From Hypanus sabinus (Eukaryota), in assembly GCF_030144855.1 (NCBI RefSeq), contig NC_082721.1, forward strand, positions 61,380,001-61,415,672: DNA of 35,672 nt, in the 5' to 3' direction. Shown in pieces: positions 1 to 11,672 of the stretch. Under the pieces are notes generated by a model that saw only the letters and a program-made list of their open reading frames with translations, had not been told where the DNA came from and did no database searches. Position 1 is the stretch's first letter. Every line of letters starts with the position of its first letter. The position numbers were made by a program, and so were the translations under genes.

Positions 1-136
1 AAAAATCTTCCTAACATTCACTGTTGATTTTGTGCAGTCTTTTGTGCTGTGTTGAAATTAAATTTTTGCCAACTCTCCAGAATCTCAGTGTTACTCTAAT
101 TCTCTCTTCTGTCCACTCTCAGATTTTTCTTTATAA

Positions 137-574
137 GGCATTAATCAGATGGCATTTGGAGTGCCGTGAGCAATTTTGGGCTCCACATCCAAGGAAAGAT
201 GTGCTGGCCCTGGAGACTGTCCAGAGAAGGTTCATAAGAATGATCCCAGGAAGTTTAGAGGAATGAAGTGGGGATCTCATTGACACCTACCTGATACTGA
301 ACTGCCTGGATATGGAGAGAAGGTTTCCATTAGTAAGAGCACCTAGGATCTGCAGGAAGGGGAGGTAATGGTGGCCAGTCTGTGGAATTCATTGTTATAG
401 AGGGCTGTGGAGACCAAGTTATTGGGTGGATTTAAGGCAGAGATTGATGAGTTCTTGGTAAGAAGGTTAAAGGTTATGGAGAGAAGGGGAGAGAATAGGG
501 TTTTAAAAATTCAGCAGGATTTAATGGCAAAGCAGGTTAGATAATATTAATTCTGCTCCTAATGTGTTATGGTC
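137..574 (+). mobile_element. CR1-clade LINE 3' fragment
   Basis: Translates to ALIRWHLECREQFWAPHPRKDVLALETVQRRFIRMIPG, like the CR1 ORF2 C-terminus (LVRPHLEYCVQFWAP...LERVQRRFTRMIPG); ends in a CR1-type tail tctgctcctaatgtgttatggtc. Confidence 0.85.
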
Positions 575-664
575 CAAGTTCTCAGAAGATCCCCATCAGC
601 AATAGTTTACTTGACTTTATCCTTAACCTCTGGAACACCTTCCAAATGGAAATGGAAAGTCAAT

Positions 665-840
665 GTTTCTGCTTGAGACCATTTATCTGGGCCACTCAAG
701 GACAACGTAATGCTGGAAAGGCCAAACCTTGAAGGCACTAAATCGAGGTCCCAGATATCCGGTTGAATGGATGTGAAGGACCCCATGACTCTTTCATCAA
801 GGGAGTCCAAAAAATTCTCTAGGCAATATTCCCCACAACG
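665..840 (+). mobile_element. old Deu-domain SINE remnant (SacSINE1/AmnSINE-like)
   Basis: actaaatcgaggtccc...ggatgtgaaggaccccatgactc...ctaggcaatattccccacaac is collinear with the recalled Deu-domain consensus (gttaaaccgaggcccc...ggatgtaaaagatcccatggcac...ctggccaatatttatccctcaac). Confidence 0.55.
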
Positions 841-939
841 TTGATGAGTGAATGTTTTCTACAATCTCGGAGAGAGTTAATACAGTCAGAATCAGGTTCA
901 CTAGACAGTATTATCATAAACTCCAGCCTCATTGTTACA

Positions 940-1212
940 CTGGCCTATATAAACTAATTCCATGATCAATCTAACCGTTCCCTCCCACATAGTACTCCAT
1001 TTTTCTATTATCAATATGACTGTCTACAAGTCCCTTAAGCGTCCCAAATTTATTAGCCCCTATCACCACCCCTGGAGTGCATTCCACACCATCACCACTC
1101 AGTGAAAAAAAAGTCTACCTCTGACATCCCCCTCCACTCACCTCAAGTGGAGGTCCACTGGTGTAAGCCACTGCTGTCCTGGAAAAAAGGTGCTGGCAGT
1201 TCACTCCGTCGC
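940..1212 (-). mobile_element. CR1 LINE 3' fragment
   Basis: Reverse complement of the same 3' segment seen at 3410-3672 and 22880-23185 (cattccacaccatcaccactc, ctctgacatcccc). Confidence 0.75.
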
Positions 1213-1329
1213 TGCTTCTGGGGGTAGATGAAAACATGGGGAGTTAGAGAAGGATTACTGTAAAATCTGGTCATTCATAGTCACTGTGGACTCAATAGGC
1301 TATAGGTCCTACTTAGTTGCTGTGATCTA

Positions 1330-2874
1330 CACTCAGTGGTCACTTTATCCACTGTACCTAATAAAGTGGCCAGTGAGTGTTTATTCATGGCCTTCTGCTG
1401 TTGTAGCCCATCCACTTCAAGGTTTGACATGTCGTGCATTCAGAGAAGCTCTTCAACACAATCATACCCTCAGTCCTAAAGAACAAGCTCCAAACCTGGG
1501 CCTCTGTACCTCCCTCTGCAATTTAATCCTTGACCTCCTCACCAGGAGGACACTGTCAGTGCAGGTAGCAGCTCCTCCTCACTGATGATCAACACTGGTC
1601 CACCTCAGCCATCCATGCTTAGCCCACTGTCCTACCCTCTCCATGCCAACGGCTGTGTGACAAGGCATAGCTGAAATGTCGTCTATAGATCTGCCAATGA
1701 CACAGCTATTCTTGGCAGAATTTCAGATGCTGACAAGGAGGCATACTGGATCAAGATAGACAGCTGGCTGAATCGTGTTGAGTGCAAGGAGTTGATTGTG
1801 AACTTCAGGAGGAGAAGTCGAGGGAGTACACACCAGTCATCATCAAGGGATCAGGGAAGTGGAAAGGGTGAGCAGCTTCAAGATCCTCGATGTCAACATC
1901 TCTTAAGATCTATCCTGGACCCACCATATTGATGCAATTAAAAGTAATGCATGATAATGACTATATTTTATTAGGGATTTGAGGAGATTTGGTACGTCTG
2001 TCACCAAAGACACTCACAGGTTTCTACAGATGTACCATGGAGAATATTCAGTTTGCATGACTGTCTGGTATGGAGGGCCATCGCACAGGATCAGGAAAAG
2101 CTGCAGAAAGTTGTAAACTCAGCCAGCCCCACCTAGGCAATGCCTCATATAACTGGCATCCATCATTAAGGACCCACATCACCCAGGACATACCCTCTTC
2201 TCATTTCTAACATCAAGGTGATGGTACAGAAGTTGAAGATACCACTTAACACTACAGAAACAGCTTCTTCCCCTCTGCCATCCGATTTCTGAATGGGTAT
2301 TGAACCCATGAATACCAGCTCACTAATTTATCACCAGCTCTCTTATTGCATTACTTATATAATTTTTAACATACTAATTGTAATTTACAGTTTTTTAAAT
2401 TATGTATTTTAACGTACTACTCAAAACAACACAATTCATGACATGCGCCAGTGATATTAAACCTGTTTCTGATTCTAATGCATGATTATTTGAGTCACTG
2501 TCACCTTCCTGTCAGCTTGAACCAGTCTGGCCGTTCTCCTCTGACCTCTCTCATTAACAACACATTTTTGTCCACAGAACTGCCACTTACTGGTTGTTTT
2601 TTTGTTTTTGCACCATTCTCTGTAATCCCTAGAGACCATTATACACAAAACTCCCAGGAGATCAACGGTTTCTGAGATAATCAAACAATCATTCCACAGT
2701 CAAAATCACTTAGATCACATTCTCTCCATTCTGATGTCCAGTCTTGAATAACAACTGAACCTCATGACCATCACTGCATGCTTTTATGCATTGAGTCGCT
2801 ACCACATGATTGGCTGATTTGATATTTACATTAACGAGCGGTGTACAGGTGTACCTAATAAAGTGGCCACAGTG
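1330..2874 (-). mobile_element. Tc1-like non-autonomous DNA transposon, split by a Rex1 LINE insertion
   Basis: TA at 1328-29 and 2875-76; TIRs cactcagtggtcactttat / ataaagtggccacagtg; minus-strand transposase N-terminal remnant ISETVDLLG...VSRDYREWC...NERGQRRTARLVQADRKVTVTQI (ORF 2475-2684). Confidence 0.88.
1452..2476 (+). mobile_element. Rex1/Babar-clade LINE, 5'-truncated and frameshifted RT
   Basis: NLGLCTSLCNLILDLLTRR, degenerate TGAPQG/LSPL/FADDT motifs, KELIVNFRR; 3' tail gtgatattaaacctgtttctgattct. Confidence 0.85.
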
Positions 2875-3409
2875 TATCTTCTTGATCTGTTCTACAGTGA
2901 TACTATACAAATTGAAAATCTGAAGTTCAGCTAAGGAGAGGTTAGACACAAGTAGCCACTGAGAGAATTTTGCAGCAATAATAGTAACTGCATTCAGGGT
3001 GAATGCAAGACTGGACTGCTTTCAAAGTAATACAAGAAAGCTTATTTTCCAGCCTCTCTTCCTCAGTGAAGTTCTACAACTTCATTTAGAGTAGTTACAG
3101 TCCAAACTAATGTTTATTTTGTGAGCAGCATGTACACACATCTAGAACAAACTCCGCTCTTTACCATCTCATACCATCCAGAACTGAACAGGAAATTATT
3201 TTGAGATTTGAAAGAGCCACAACAAGTGCTTAAATTGGAAGTGATGTTCCCATTATAGAAGGAAACAACTTTATTTCCAGACTTTTTGAAGTACTTGCTT
3301 GAACGATGGGAAAATTAAACTTGGAAACCAGCATTTAAGTAAATGAGAAGGTTTGAGAATACTGTAAGTGTTATCTGGATAAACAGATCGACTTGATTTT
3401 ATATCTGCC

Positions 3410-3672
3410 AACAGAGCAGGCATAATTATAAGGTGATTGGAATAAAGTATAGGGAATATGTCAGAGGTATATATTTTTAAAAATATACTGGTGACTGCGT
3501 GGAATGAGCTGCCATGGATAGTGGTAGAGACAGATACGTTAGAGAGATTTAACAGATCCTTAGAAGTACGTGATGAAAGAAAGGTTATGTAGGAGAGAAT
3601 GGCTAAGGGAAGTTATATGGTCAGCACAACATCATGCACCAAAGGGCCAGCACTGTTTATTCTATGTTCTAA
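3410..3672 (+). mobile_element. CR1 LINE 3' end
   Basis: gggcataattataaggtgattgga...tgcgtggaatgagctgcc...tail ttctatgttctaa. Confidence 0.78.
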
Positions 3673-3929
3673 CAGCCCTTCTATATTTTGACTGACTGCA
3701 TTTTAAGCCGCTGGCTGGTCAGGGGTGAGCAAGACCTAACCTGCTAACAGAAAGCTTGTGAATGGTTGGAGAAGAATTGGGCACTTAGTAAAGAATGTAC
3801 CTCATGTGAAATCAAGTTTTTGGATCTATTCAAATAATCTAGGACAAGGGTGCCTAATTAATTGGTATCTCATTCACGTTCCCTCCATCACCAATGTGTG
3901 TAGTGTGTGCCATCTATTACATGTCTGAC

Positions 3930-4545
3930 ACTAATAACTGATTGTATCATGGTCTAGTGCAGCAGTTAGAATATGCAGGGAGGTAAGAAGCTGCGGAGAC
4001 TAGTGAACTTCATCTAGATCATTACTGGCACATTCCTTCCCACCACTGGTCGTATCTACAATACCAACTGCCTCAAGAAGGCAACACCCATCAAAGATCT
4101 CCACCATCCAGGCTATGCCATCTTCTTGCAGCCTCCATAGTGTTGGAGGTACAGAAGCCTGAACTCCGACAGCAACAAGTTTAAGAACGACTACTTCCCT
4201 TCAACTCTTCAGTTCATGAACCCACAAAACCCCAAACACAATTGTTATCAACACTGTGATCACTTTGCATTAAAATAGACTGTTTCCTTTTATTCTACTT
4301 CTTTCTTTAAAAATTCTACACAATTTATGTTTAACTTCTATTTTTCTTGTGAACGCTGCTGGTCTGATGTTGTGTGCCTGTGATGCTGCCAGAGGTAGGT
4401 TTCTCATCGCCCCTTGCGTACATGCACTGACAAGTATGAACAGGAAACTCAAAGCAGTGTCTATATCTGAGTGACTGCCTGTAAGCAAACAAATCTCAAG
4501 ATTGTATAATTTGTTCATTTGTTGATAATAAATGCACTTTGAAAC
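3930..4545 (+). mobile_element. Rex1/Babar-type LINE 3' fragments
   Basis: tgcctcaagaaggcaacacccatcaaagatctccaccatccagg...aggtacagaagcctgaa...aacgactacttccc, collinear with 2140-2290. Confidence 0.72.
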
Positions 4546-4967
4546 TTTAATATAAAATGACCCTTGAGATGACCTGAAGAGGGAAAAGAGATAAATGTGA
4601 ATCTCTGCTTATACAAAGTGCACAATTTTTTCTCAACAGTAGACCTTGCATATTTTGATTGTCTGCCGTTCAAACCACAGGCTTATCACGAATGTATGAA
4701 GACACGTACATCAAAACATACAGTAGAATGTGTCACTTGCATCAATAACGAACACAGACCAAGGATGTACCAGGGGCAACGGTAATTGGTACCATGCCTC
4801 CAATACCAACATATCTTGCCTCGTGACTTCCTAAACTTCTGTCTTTGGAATATGGGAAGAAATCCTCACAGTTGCAAGGAGACCCAAGTACAAGTCACAC
4901 CATTGTCTGTGTCCTCTGTTAAATGGACATGATATGTTCAGATATTTCACAGTTTGAGTTATTAAAG

Positions 4968-5232
4968 GAATCAGAATAAGGTTTATTATTACTGACATGT
5001 TGCTTTGTGGTGGCTGTACAATGTAGTGCATTAAAAATACTACACAATAAAATGCATATTAAAAATAGAGAGCAAAATGTGAGGCAGTGTTCATGGAACA
5101 GTCAGAAATCTGATGGTGCAGCAGAAGTTGTTCCTAAACTGTTGAATGTGTGTCTTCAGACTCCTGTACCTCCTGCTGGATGGTAGTAATGAGAAGAAGG
5201 CATGTCACGGATGATGAGGGTCCTTCATGATG
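4968..5232 (-). mobile_element. Rex1/Babar-type LINE 3' end
   Basis: Starts with the reverse-complement tail aatcagaataaggtttattattactgacat, then cagaaatctgatgg...ctcctgtacctcctgctggatgg. Confidence 0.75.
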
Positions 5233-5271
5233 AATTGAGTTTACAGTAAAAATTCTTGGAAAAATAATCAT

Positions 5272-5605
5272 ATCCATAACCATTAAGCACTGGAACAGAT
5301 TAGGCCTTTCGGCCCATCAATTCTGCTTCCCCATTCCATCATGGCTGATTTATTATCCCTCTAAACCCCATTCTCCTGTCTTCTCCACTTAATCTTTGAA
5401 GCTCTGACCTCTGCTATAAATGTAGCCAATGAGTTAGGCACCACAATCATCTGTGGCAATATATTCCATAGACTCACTACTCTCTGGCTAAAGAACTTCT
5501 TCCTCATCTGCTCTAAAGGGACATCCTTGTATTCTGACGCTGTGCCCTCTTGCCCTAGACTTCACCACCATAGGAAACATCCTTCCCAAGTCTACGCTAT
5601 CTAAC
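5272..5605 (-). mobile_element. CR1 LINE 3' end
   Basis: Reverse complement of the 7108-7437 family (catggctgatttattatccctctaaaccccattctcc; ctctctggctaaagaacttcttcctcatc). Confidence 0.82.
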
Positions 5606-6234
5606 CTGGTAACCATACCAGTTTTCTCGATGCCATAATCAAATATGGCATGAAATCTTACCCCAATTTAAACTGGATTTGGAGAAGACAAATACTGGAG
5701 AGTGGTGTTAGTGGGCAGATTCCAGAACAGCTGATCTGATCTCATCTGCCAGGTTAGAATGAAACTTACAGACTAGACTCGGAAGTATTGAAAAATCTGC
5801 TATTTCTGTCAAAAAGTCTCACTCCAGTAAAAAGCAGATTGGGCCGCTCAGTTGAAGTAGTCTACTTTATCGTTAGATTGAGCTACTGTTAGCTCCACCT
5901 GGCAATTCTGTTGTCCCCAAGTCTATTCAAGGGTCTCATAATGGTGGGGTAGAAGCTGGTGGTACATGTTCTCAAGCTTATGTACCGTCTGCCCACTGGG
6001 AGGGGCGAGAAGAGAGATGGAAGGTGTCCTTGATTATGTTGGTTTTTTTCCTAAGGAGGTGGGAAAAGTAAACAAATTCTGTGCAGGAGAGTCTGCCTGC
6101 TAAACTCATCCAACAATTGAGCTGAGATTATGCATCTGAATGTCCATCCATCCAAACCACCATCTTCGCATCCAACTGCCTGACTATAAATCCCCGCTGC
6201 TAATAATTCTCCACTGTCCATTAAAGGGTATGCC

Positions 6235-6445
6235 CTAAAAAGAGAGGCTGGACAATCCTTGATGGCTTTCTCTGGAATGGCAAAAGCTGAGGAAAGACTG
6301 ATAGAAGTTTATAAAGTTACAAGAGGCATAGATAGATATTCAGTAAATATCTTCACCAATGCCACCCCCCAGTCAAAATGTCTAACAGTAAACATGGGGA
6401 ATTCAAAAACTAGAGGACATCAATTTTATCTTAGAGGTTAAAGGC
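6235..6445 (+). mobile_element. CR1 LINE fragment
   Basis: LIEVYKVTRGIDR...SKTRGHQF matches the CR1 ORF2 end (DLIEVYKIMRGIDR...TRGH). Confidence 0.75.
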
Positions 6446-6765
6446 TTAGATTTAGATTTATTTAACACATCTACATTGAAATGGTGAAATGTGTTGTTTT
6501 GTGGGTCAACAACCAACATAATCCAATAATGTGCTGGAGGCAACCAGCAAGTGTTGAGCTTCCAGCGCCAACATAGCATGCCCACAACGTACTATCCCAA
6601 AGCCATACACCTAAGGAACATGGGAGAAAACTGGAGTATCCAGAGGAAACCCACATGGTCACAGGAAGAACATACAAACTCCTTACAGACAGCAGTGGGA
6701 ATCTCCATCAGTGATCACTGGCACTGTAAAGCAATTGCGCTAATGGCCATGCTACCATGCTGCCC
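6446..6765 (-). mobile_element. tRNA-derived V-SINE (HE1-like)
   Basis: Reverse complement carries the V-domain atgtgggtttcctctggatactccagttttctccca and a tRNA-like head ggcagcatggtagcatggccattagc. Confidence 0.78.
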
Positions 6766-7107
6766 GAATGTAATGACCTGAGCTATGACAGGTTGTGTAC
6801 AGCTTCAGTCTGCTCTTGGTAAGAAATGGCTGCACGTGTTATTCTTGGCTGCCCCATTATCAGGTCTCAGTAAGTTTATGTGTTAAAAAAAAATCCTTGG
6901 GTTTGGACGCATTATCACATCCAGAGCTAACCTTCAGAGATTTGAACATCCTTTGTAGCCACACAGCACATGTGTTTCTTTTTAAACTACATCTGCAAAA
7001 AGGAGACTGAAAGTTCATAATACATTAATATCACAAAGTCGTCTGGTACTCTGCAGTTAACAAGTGTGCTGTTGATAGAAACACTGGTAAACACCATTCA
7101 CTGTGGT

Positions 7108-7437
7108 GTCCTGGGATAGACAGATTGGTTATGGAGAGGATGTTTCCCATAGTGGGGGAGTCCAGAACTAGAGAGCACAGCCTCAGAATAGAAGATGTCC
7201 CTTTAGAACAGAGATGAGGAGTAAATTCTTCAGCCAGAGAGTGGTGAATATGTGGAATTCATTGCTTTAGACGGCTCTGGAGGCCAAGGAATGTTGGTTG
7301 ATAAGTTCTTGATTCGTAACGGTGTCAAAGGTTACAGGGAGAAGGCAAGAGAATGGGGTTGAGAGGGATAATAAATCAGCCACGATGGAATGGCAGAGCA
7401 AATGGCATAATTCTTCTCCTATGTCTAACGGTCTCAT
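7108..7437 (+). mobile_element. CR1 LINE 3' end
   Basis: gagaggatgtttcccatagtgggggagtccagaactagagagcacagcctcagaatagaa...ttcagccagagagtggtgaat...tail ctcctatgtctaacggtctc. Confidence 0.85.
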
Positions 7438-7913
7438 AATCACAGCTTGCCGGACTTCCCTCATCATTTCTTCAGACTGGAGAGATGATTGGTAATATTG
7501 ATAATGTAACCATATTGTCAAATGACAATTGTCACACATACTGGGATAGAGTGTATGCCATCCATACTCAAGGTAGTATAAAGTGAAAAACAATAAAATG
7601 TAGAATAAAGTGTTACAGTTAAACAGAAAGGGCAGTGCAGGGAGACAATAAAGTGCAGAGACCATGAGGTAGGTTGTGAGATCAAGATTTCATGAGTATC
7701 ACACAAGAGGCCCATCCAAAACTTTAACAACAGCATGACAAAAGGACTCAGTTGTGACTGCCAACCTAATCAACAAGGTGACATCATATCCAAATTCTAT
7801 TGCCCCAGGGTTTTGAATGAGTGAGCTTTCTCCATCGGGTCCAGTATTAGCCTCAAATAATGACAGTGGGTCACTTTGCTAACCCCAATGAAATGGTTTA
7901 ATATGGAGAGAAA

Positions 7914-8925
7914 ATGTCCAGCAGTGGTGTGCCTCAGGGATCTGTTCTGGGACCCCTTCTCTTCGTAATTTTTAAAAGTGACCTGTGTGAGGGAGTGGAG
8001 GGATGGGTTAGTAAATTTGCTGATGACACAAAGGTTGGAGGTGTTGTGGATAGTGTGGAGGGCTGTCAGAGGTTACAGCAGGACATTGATAGGATGAAAA
8101 ACTGGGCTGAGATGTGGCAGATGGAAGTCAACCCAGATAAGTGTAAGGTGGTCCATTTTGGTAGGTCAAATATGATGGCAGAATATAATATTAATGGTCA
8201 GACCCTTGGCAATGTGGAGGATCAGAGAGATCTTGTGGTCAAGTCCTTCCATCGGACACTCAAAGCTGCTGTGCAGGTTGACTCTGTGGTTAAGAAGGCA
8301 TATGGTGCATTGGCCTTCATCAATCATGGGATGGAGTTCAAGAGCAATAAGTTAATGTTACAGGTATATAGGACCCTGGTCAGACCCCACTTGGAGTACT
8401 GTGCTCAGCTCTGGTCGCCTCACTACAGGAAGGATGTGGAAACTATAGATAGGGTGCAGATGAGATGTTGCCTGGATTGGGGAGCATGCCCTATGAAAAT
8501 AGGTTGAGTGAACTTGGCCTTGGAGTGGCAGAGGATGAAAGGTGACCTGACAGAATTGTATAAGATGATGAGAGGCATCATCATTGACAATCGTGTGGAT
8601 AGCCAGAGGCTTTTTCTCAGGGCTGAAATGGCTAACATGAGAGGGCACAGTTTTAAGGTGCTTGCTTGGAAGATGTCAGAAGACAGAGGAGATGTCAGGG
8701 GCAAGTTGTTGTTTTTTTTAAACACAGAGGCTGGTGAGTGTGTGGAATGGGCTGCTGGCAACGGCGGTGGAGGTGGATATGACAGGGTCTTTTAAGAGCC
8801 TCCTGGACAGGTACATGGAGCTTAGAGGGCTATGGGTAACACCAGGTAATTTCTAAAGTACATGTTTGGCACAGTATCATGGGCCAAAGGGCCTGTATTG
8901 TGCAGTAGGTTTTCTATGTTTCTAT
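7914..8925 (+). mobile_element. CR1 LINE, 5'-truncated ORF2 (RT) pseudogene with 3' UTR
   Basis: ORF 7914-8507: SGVPQGSVLGPLLF, KFADDTKVGG, LVRPHLEYCAQLWSPHYRKD; frameshifted downstream; tail tttctatgtttctat. Confidence 0.93.
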
Positions 8926-9344
8926 CTATTGGAATTGGTTTATTATTGTCACATGTACCAGGTTGCAGTGAAAAGCTTGCTTTGCCTACTGTTCATCAAG
9001 ATCTATTTTTATCCAGAGCATTATGGTAGAGCAAGGTTAAACTGCAACATAACAACAGGTAACATTTTTTGGCCAAGTAACCTAGGATGGAGAGAGGTTT
9101 ATTGATGACAGATCAATAAGTTTGTAACTGCAGTAACAAAAGTTACACAGAGATTTTCCAAATTGGAACCATGTTCTGAATGTTATTTTGGGTAAGTTCA
9201 GGTGACTAAACCAGTATAAATCTCTGATAACAGGTAATGCATTACAAGCACACAAATTCACCAGCTCAATACCCTGAGCTTTCAATAGCTAATCCAATAC
9301 TTTGATTAGTTGCTGCCAAATTCTATTGTCCCATCAGGAATATG

Positions 9345-9653
9345 ATTATGGTCAGACCATCCACATTTGAGGTCTGCAGGCGTGGCTTCAGAATAAAGGA
9401 ACACTCCTTCAGAACTGAAATGAGGAGGAATTTCTTCATCCGGAGGGTGGTGATTGTGGAATTCATTGCACCAGAGGGCTGTGGAGGCCAAGTCATTGGG
9501 TGCATTTAGCAGCAGAGATTGACAGGTTCTTGATTAATTACAAGAAGTAGGCAAGTGAATGGGGCTGAAGTAATTAAAGAAGCCATGATGGAATAGAAGA
9601 GCAGATTTGATGGGCTGAGTGGTCTATTTCTGCTCTTATATCTTATAGCCTTA
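9345..9653 (+). mobile_element. CR1 LINE 3' end
   Basis: aactgaaatgaggaggaatttcttcatccggagggtgg...gggctgtggaggccaagtcattggg...tctgctcttatatcttat. Confidence 0.82.
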
Positions 9654-10132
9654 CCTTTGCCTCATCAAAGGACCCAAGGTCCTGTAAGATTATGAACAAA
9701 TTTAAAGCTGTATGCGTTATCTAGATGATCCAACCTTTTGGTATGTTTTAGTTAGAAAAAGTTTACACAGTGAGCCATTTCTGTGGGCTTGTCTCATCTC
9801 TCTCACATCTGCTGTCATATACATTTCTTTTTAGTAAATAGGGCAAATTCTAGACATATGTGAATCGTGGCAAAGACTCACGTAATTTGAATAATCCAAT
9901 CTAGGTTGCAAGTTTATTTTAATTGGGTTAATGCTGTTTCTTAAGATATCTTAATTCATAAATAATGAATGAAGATTCTTTATAGGGTGTTTCAATACTC
10001 AGTAGTAAATTAACTGTATGGTAAATAAAATGGCCTGATGTACAGGATGAGAAAAATCTAATTTTTATTTAATCTTATTTTTCTTTTATCTTCATTAGTT
10101 TGGCAAATTGTGGCATCTTTTTTATATGCTTC

Positions 10133-10443
10133 ATGCTTGTGTAGTGGTTAGCAGAATGCTTTACAGCACCAGCTGTAAGATCCGAGTTCTGGGCTCTGTT
10201 CCCACTGCAGTCTGTAAGGAGCTTGTACATTCCCCCCTCCCCAATGACCATGTGAATTTCCTCTGGGTACTCCGGTTTTTTCCAACATTCCAAAGACTGT
10301 GTGGTTAGGGTTAGTGAGTAGTGGCACTGGAATCGTGGTGAAACTTGCAGATTGGTCTGCACAATCTTCGCCAATTTAATGCGAAGGATGCATTTCACTG
10401 TATGTTTCCATGTACAGTGTACATGGCAAATAAAGGTCATCTA
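10133..10443 (+). mobile_element. tRNA-derived V-SINE
   Basis: A-box-like gtagtggttagc, then gtctgtaaggagcttgtac, V-domain gaatttcctctgggtactccggttt, tail caaataaagg. Confidence 0.78.
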
Positions 10444-10507
10444 AGGAATCTGAGTCAGTGCACGAGACCAAGGTACTGAGAACTGTTGTTACAGGAACTG
10501 ACATCAG

Positions 10508-10595
10508 GGGGCAGCACTCTGGCACTGATGCAGAAGATAAATTGTGGGTTCAATCTTTGCTCCCATCCTAATCTAGGCCACTTGCAGTGACAGTC
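10508..10595 (+). mobile_element. tRNA-derived head of an old Deu-type SINE
   Basis: gcagcactctggcactgatgcagaag...gtgggttcaatc (B-box-like)...aatctaggc. Confidence 0.45.
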
Positions 10596-10691
10596 CACAT
10601 TTATTTTGCCTACTGAGAAATTAGGAAAGAAAGAGGAAAGACAATGAAAGAACAGAGAAAGGAGAGACTGGCAATTATCGAGCTGCTTTCA

Positions 10692-10890
10692 TAAACACAA
10701 GCAACAATGAGCTGGAAGAATTCATTAGGTCAGGCAGCATCTGTGGGGGATGATGATCAGTCCTCTAAGAAAAAGGAGGGCATTTTGAATGCCCCAGAGT
10801 GGAAGACTTTGTCTTGAGAACAGAGGTGGCAGAGACATAGGAAATGAGCAACGGAGTAGCGTGGGTGAGGAAGGGGAGGGCGAAGGTGGT
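10692..10890 (-). mobile_element. Penelope-like element terminal repeat
   Basis: gctggaagaattcattaggtcaggcagcatctgtgg followed by a purine-rich tract, same motif as 34951-35040. Confidence 0.55.
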
Positions 10891-11672
10891 AATCGAAGTA
10901 GCTGAGGGCAAATTGGTGAATTATTGTTACACACACCGAGGTACAGAGAAAAACTTTGTTCAACATGCCACCCACACAGGTCTTTACATCACATTAGTAA
11001 TCTGTGGTGCCAGAAGCATGTGACACACTCTCAGTATTTCCTCGGACTATGTTGGTTGTTGATGCAAAATGATGCCTTTCACTGTATGTTTCAATGTACG
11101 TGTAACAAATAAAGCTAATCTTTCACCTGATACTGAGGACTGTCCAATAAGGGGAGTTTTCAATCTGTCTAGCACCTACCTCAAGCAAAATTATTCTCCT
11201 TCAAATCTTCCCCATAACAAGATAGTTTGTTGTTGCAAGGCAATAATTTCAACTAACTATTGGTGCGTTTTATAATCTTAATTTATCCCCCAAAGGTTTA
11301 AGGCCATTTCACTTATGGGTTGGTTATGCAATCAACTCTGAAAGAAGAATGCTGTTGAAACAAGTCTTTTCTTTCCTCCAGGTCTGCTACTGGACACACC
11401 CATGTGGTCTGTGCCCACAGACATGTAGATACTTCCAGACTTGACTTAATATGGGCACAAGGGCATTTTGGGTTTGCGTCTTCTCTAGCCAGTCCAACAG
11501 CAAACTTTGCCATGACCTTTGGGAGACTGCATTTTATAATAAAAATATAATTGTAATGTTTACAGCAATAATAAGATCAGGGGCTTAGGGACTGGAGCAT
11601 TTTCCCAAATCTGCCTTCAGAATCTACTTTGCTATTTTAACTCCACTAGAGATGTGGAGGATGCAGAAATTA

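Noticed and set aside
3130-3320. Minus-strand frame KYFKKSGNKVVSFYNG...GWYEM with splice-like ends, or a + strand PLE-like ISYHPEL remnant
   Set aside because: The two readings conflict, neither is recognisable beyond a few residues, and 60-codon frames are common by chance
7914-8507. 197-aa reverse-transcriptase ORF as a host gene or novel RT system
   Set aside because: It is a 5'-truncated, frameshifted CR1 ORF2 with a standard CR1 tail
10501-10515. CTCF-like ACATCAGGGGGCAGC
   Set aside because: Two core mismatches, and it overlaps the start of an old SINE
11313-11527. Possible coding exon in unique sequence
   Set aside because: An acceptor is present but there is no good donor before the stops and no recognisable homology
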